DNA from: Malacoraja senta
Lineage: Eukaryota
Direction: 5' to 3'
DNA length: 48,562 nucleotides
Assembly (NCBI GenBank): GCA_038087875.1
Contig: JAXLNO010000295.1
Coordinates: 1 to 48,562 of the forward strand
In this document: positions 46,109 through 48,562 of the stretch, piece by piece
How the letters are laid out: each line of letters starts with the position of its first letter
Position numbering within the stretch: position 1 is the first letter of the stretch
Position numbers and translations under genes: made by a program
The notes under the pieces: model-generated
Seen by the model: only the letters and a program-made list of their open reading frames with translations
The model's database searches: none
What the model was told of the DNA's origin: nothing

Positions 46109-47298
46109 TATCTCTCCCTCTTTCTCTCTCTCTGTGCATCTGTATCTCTCTCTCCCTCTCTATCTGTCTTGTCCCTCTCTATCTGTCTTGCCTCTCTCTC
46201 TCTGACTCTCTCTCCCTCTCTCTCACTATCTGTCTGTCTCTCTCTCTTGGTCTCACTCTGTATCTCTGTCACTCTCCCTCTCTCTGCTTCTCTCTCTGTC
46301 TGTATCTCTCTCGCTGTCTCTCTCTCTGTGTCTGTCTCTCTTTCTCTCTCTGTCTCTGTATGTCTGTCTCTCCCTGTGTCTGTCTCTCTCTCCCTCTCTG
46401 TCTCACTCTGTCACTCTCTCTCTCTGCTTCTCGTTGTCTGTTTCTCTCTCTCTCTCTCTCTCTCTTTCTCACTGTCCCTGTCTCTCTCTCTACATCTTTC
46501 CCTGTTGTCTCTCCATCTGTCTAACTCTCTGTCACTCTCTCTGTCTCTCCTCTCTCCTCCATGTCTCGCTCTCTCCCCTCTCTCTCGTCTCTCACGCTCT
46601 CTCTGTATCTCTCTTTGTCTCTCTCCCTCTCTCTATTCCTCTCTCTCTCTGTCTGTTTCTCTCTCTCTATATCTCTCTCCCTCTCTGTCTGTCTCTCTCT
46701 TCTCTGTGTCTGTCTCGCTCCCTCTCTCTCTGTATCTCTCTCCCTCTCTCTGTCTTGTCTCTCTGACTCTCTCTCCCTCTCTCTCTCTCATATCTATATC
46801 CCTCTCTGTTTCTCTGTCTCTCTCTCTCTCTCTGTGTCTCTCTCACTGTCTCTCCCTGTCTCTGACTCTCTCTCTGTCTGACTCTCTCTCTCTTTCTGTC
46901 TTTCTCTTACTCTGTCTCTCTCTCTGTTTCTCTCTCTCTCTCTCTCTCACTCTCACTATCTCCCTCTCTGTATGTCTGCTTCTCTCTCTCTCTCTCCCTG
47001 CTGTCTCATCTCTCTTTCTGTCTCTCTCTCCCTGTCTCTGTATGTCTCTCTCTGTTACTCTCTGTCTCTCTCTCTCACTCTGTCTCTCTCTCCTCTGTAT
47101 GTTTCGCTCTCTCTCTCCCCTCTCTGTCTCCCTGTCTCCCTCTCTCTCCCTCTCTGCCTGTCTCTCTCTCTGTATCTCTCTCTCCCCCTCTCTGTCTCTT
47201 CCCCCGTATCTCTCTCCCACTCTGTCTCTGACCCTCTCTCTCTTTCTCACTGTTTCTCTCTCTGTCTCTCTCCCTCTGTGTGTCTCTCTCTTTCTCTT
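46109..47298. repeat. Degenerate (CT)n microsatellite
   Basis: Directly visible. Confidence 0.98.
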
Positions 47299-48553
47299 TC
47301 ATAGAAACATAGAAAATAGGTGCAGGAGTAGGCCATTCAGGCCTTCGAGCTGCACCGCAATTCAATATGATCATGGCTGATCATCCAACGCATTATCCTG
47401 TACCTGCCTTTCTCTCCATACCCCCTGATCCCCTTAGCCACAAGGGCCACATCTAACTCCCTCTTAAATATAGCCAAAGAACTGGCCTCAACTACCTTCT
47501 GTGGCAGAAAATTCACAGATTCACCACTGTCTGTGGGAAAAATGTTTTTCTCATCTCGGTCCTAAAAGACTTCCCCCTTAACCTTAAACTGTGATCCCTT
47601 GTTCTGGACTTCCCCAACATCGGGAATAATCTTCCTGCATCTAGCCTGTCCAAACCCTTAAGAATTTTGTAAGTTTCTATAAGATCCCCCTCAATCTTCT
47701 AAATTCTAGCGAGTACAAGCCGAGTCTATCCAGTCTTTCTTAGTCTATCCAGTCTTTCTTCATATGAAAGTCCTGCCATCCCAGGAATCAGTCTGGTGAA
47801 CCTTCTCTGTACTCCCTCTATGGCAAGAATGTCTTTCCTCAGATTAGGAGACCAAAACTGCACGCAATACTCCAGGTGTAGTCTCACCAAGACCCTGTAC
47901 AACTGCAGTAGAACCTCCCTGCTCCTATACTCAAATCCTTTTGGTATGAATGCTAACATACCATTCGCTTTCTTCACTGCCTGCTGCACCTGCATGCCTA
48001 CTTTCAATGACTGGGTGTACCATGACACCCAGGTCTCGTTGCATCTCCCCTTTTCCTAATCGGCCACCATTTAGATAATAGTCTACTTTCTTGTTTTTGC
48101 CACCAAAGTGGATAACCTCACATTTATCCACATTATACTGCATCTGCCATGCATTTGCCCACTCACCCAACTATCCAAGCCACCTTGCAGTCTCCTAGCA
48201 TCCTCCTCACAGCTAACACTGCCCCCAGCTTCGTGTCATCCGCAAACTTGGGGATGTTGCATTCAATCCCTCATCCAGGTCATTAATATATATTGTAAAT
48301 AGCTGGGGTCCCAGCACTGAGCCTTGCGGTACCCCACTAGTCACTGCCTGCCATTCTGAAAAGGACCCGTTTACTCCTACTCTTTGCTTCCTGTTTGCCA
48401 GCCAGTTCTCTATCCACATCAATACTGAACCCCAATACCGTGTGCTTTTGAGTTTGCATACTAATCTCTTATGTGGTACCTTGTCGAAAGCCTTCTGAAA
48501 GTCCAGATATAACACATCCACTGGTTCTCCCTTAGCCACTCTACTAGATACAT
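47297..48553 (-). mobile_element. CR1 LINE 3' fragment
   Basis: Tail catagaaacatagaaa on +. ORFs 47726..48539 carry [19 protein letters not shown] and [11 protein letters not shown]. Confidence 0.95.
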
Positions 48554-48562
48554 CTCTCTCTG

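Noticed and set aside
40011..47380. Long Ser/Leu-rich and Arg/Glu-rich ORFs (up to 727 aa), also at 2815-3454
   Set aside because: Translations of CT/GA microsatellite, which lacks stop codons by composition. The 653-aa ORF at 43775 is only microsatellite running in-frame into a CR1 fragment.

Overview
Eukaryotic, repeat-dense DNA, most likely from a cartilaginous fish (skate/ray-like). This is inferred from HE1/V-SINE-type SINEs, abundant CR1 LINEs and a GPR139-like receptor. Host-gene content: two convergent paralogous C2H2 zinc-finger genes (about 4.0-5.6 kb on +, 37.9-39.6 kb on -) that form an inverted duplication, three TADA1 exons in scrambled order (4, 5, 2), a GPR139-like GPCR pseudogene and a possible degenerate Ig-domain exon. 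Transposable elements: many CR1 fragments plus one near-full-length CR1, an RTE-X-like LINE, a Vingi-like LINE with an uninterrupted 648-aa ORF, Rex1, two L1 insertions, a near-intact Gypsy LTR element with asymmetric LTRs, a hAT remnant and a decayed DIRS element. Many short Penelope-type repeats carry hammerhead-ribozyme-like cores. About 6 kb of degenerate CT/GA microsatellite explains most of the long spurious ORFs. There is no prokaryotic system and no CRISPR array. All family assignments come from motif recognition, not database searches.
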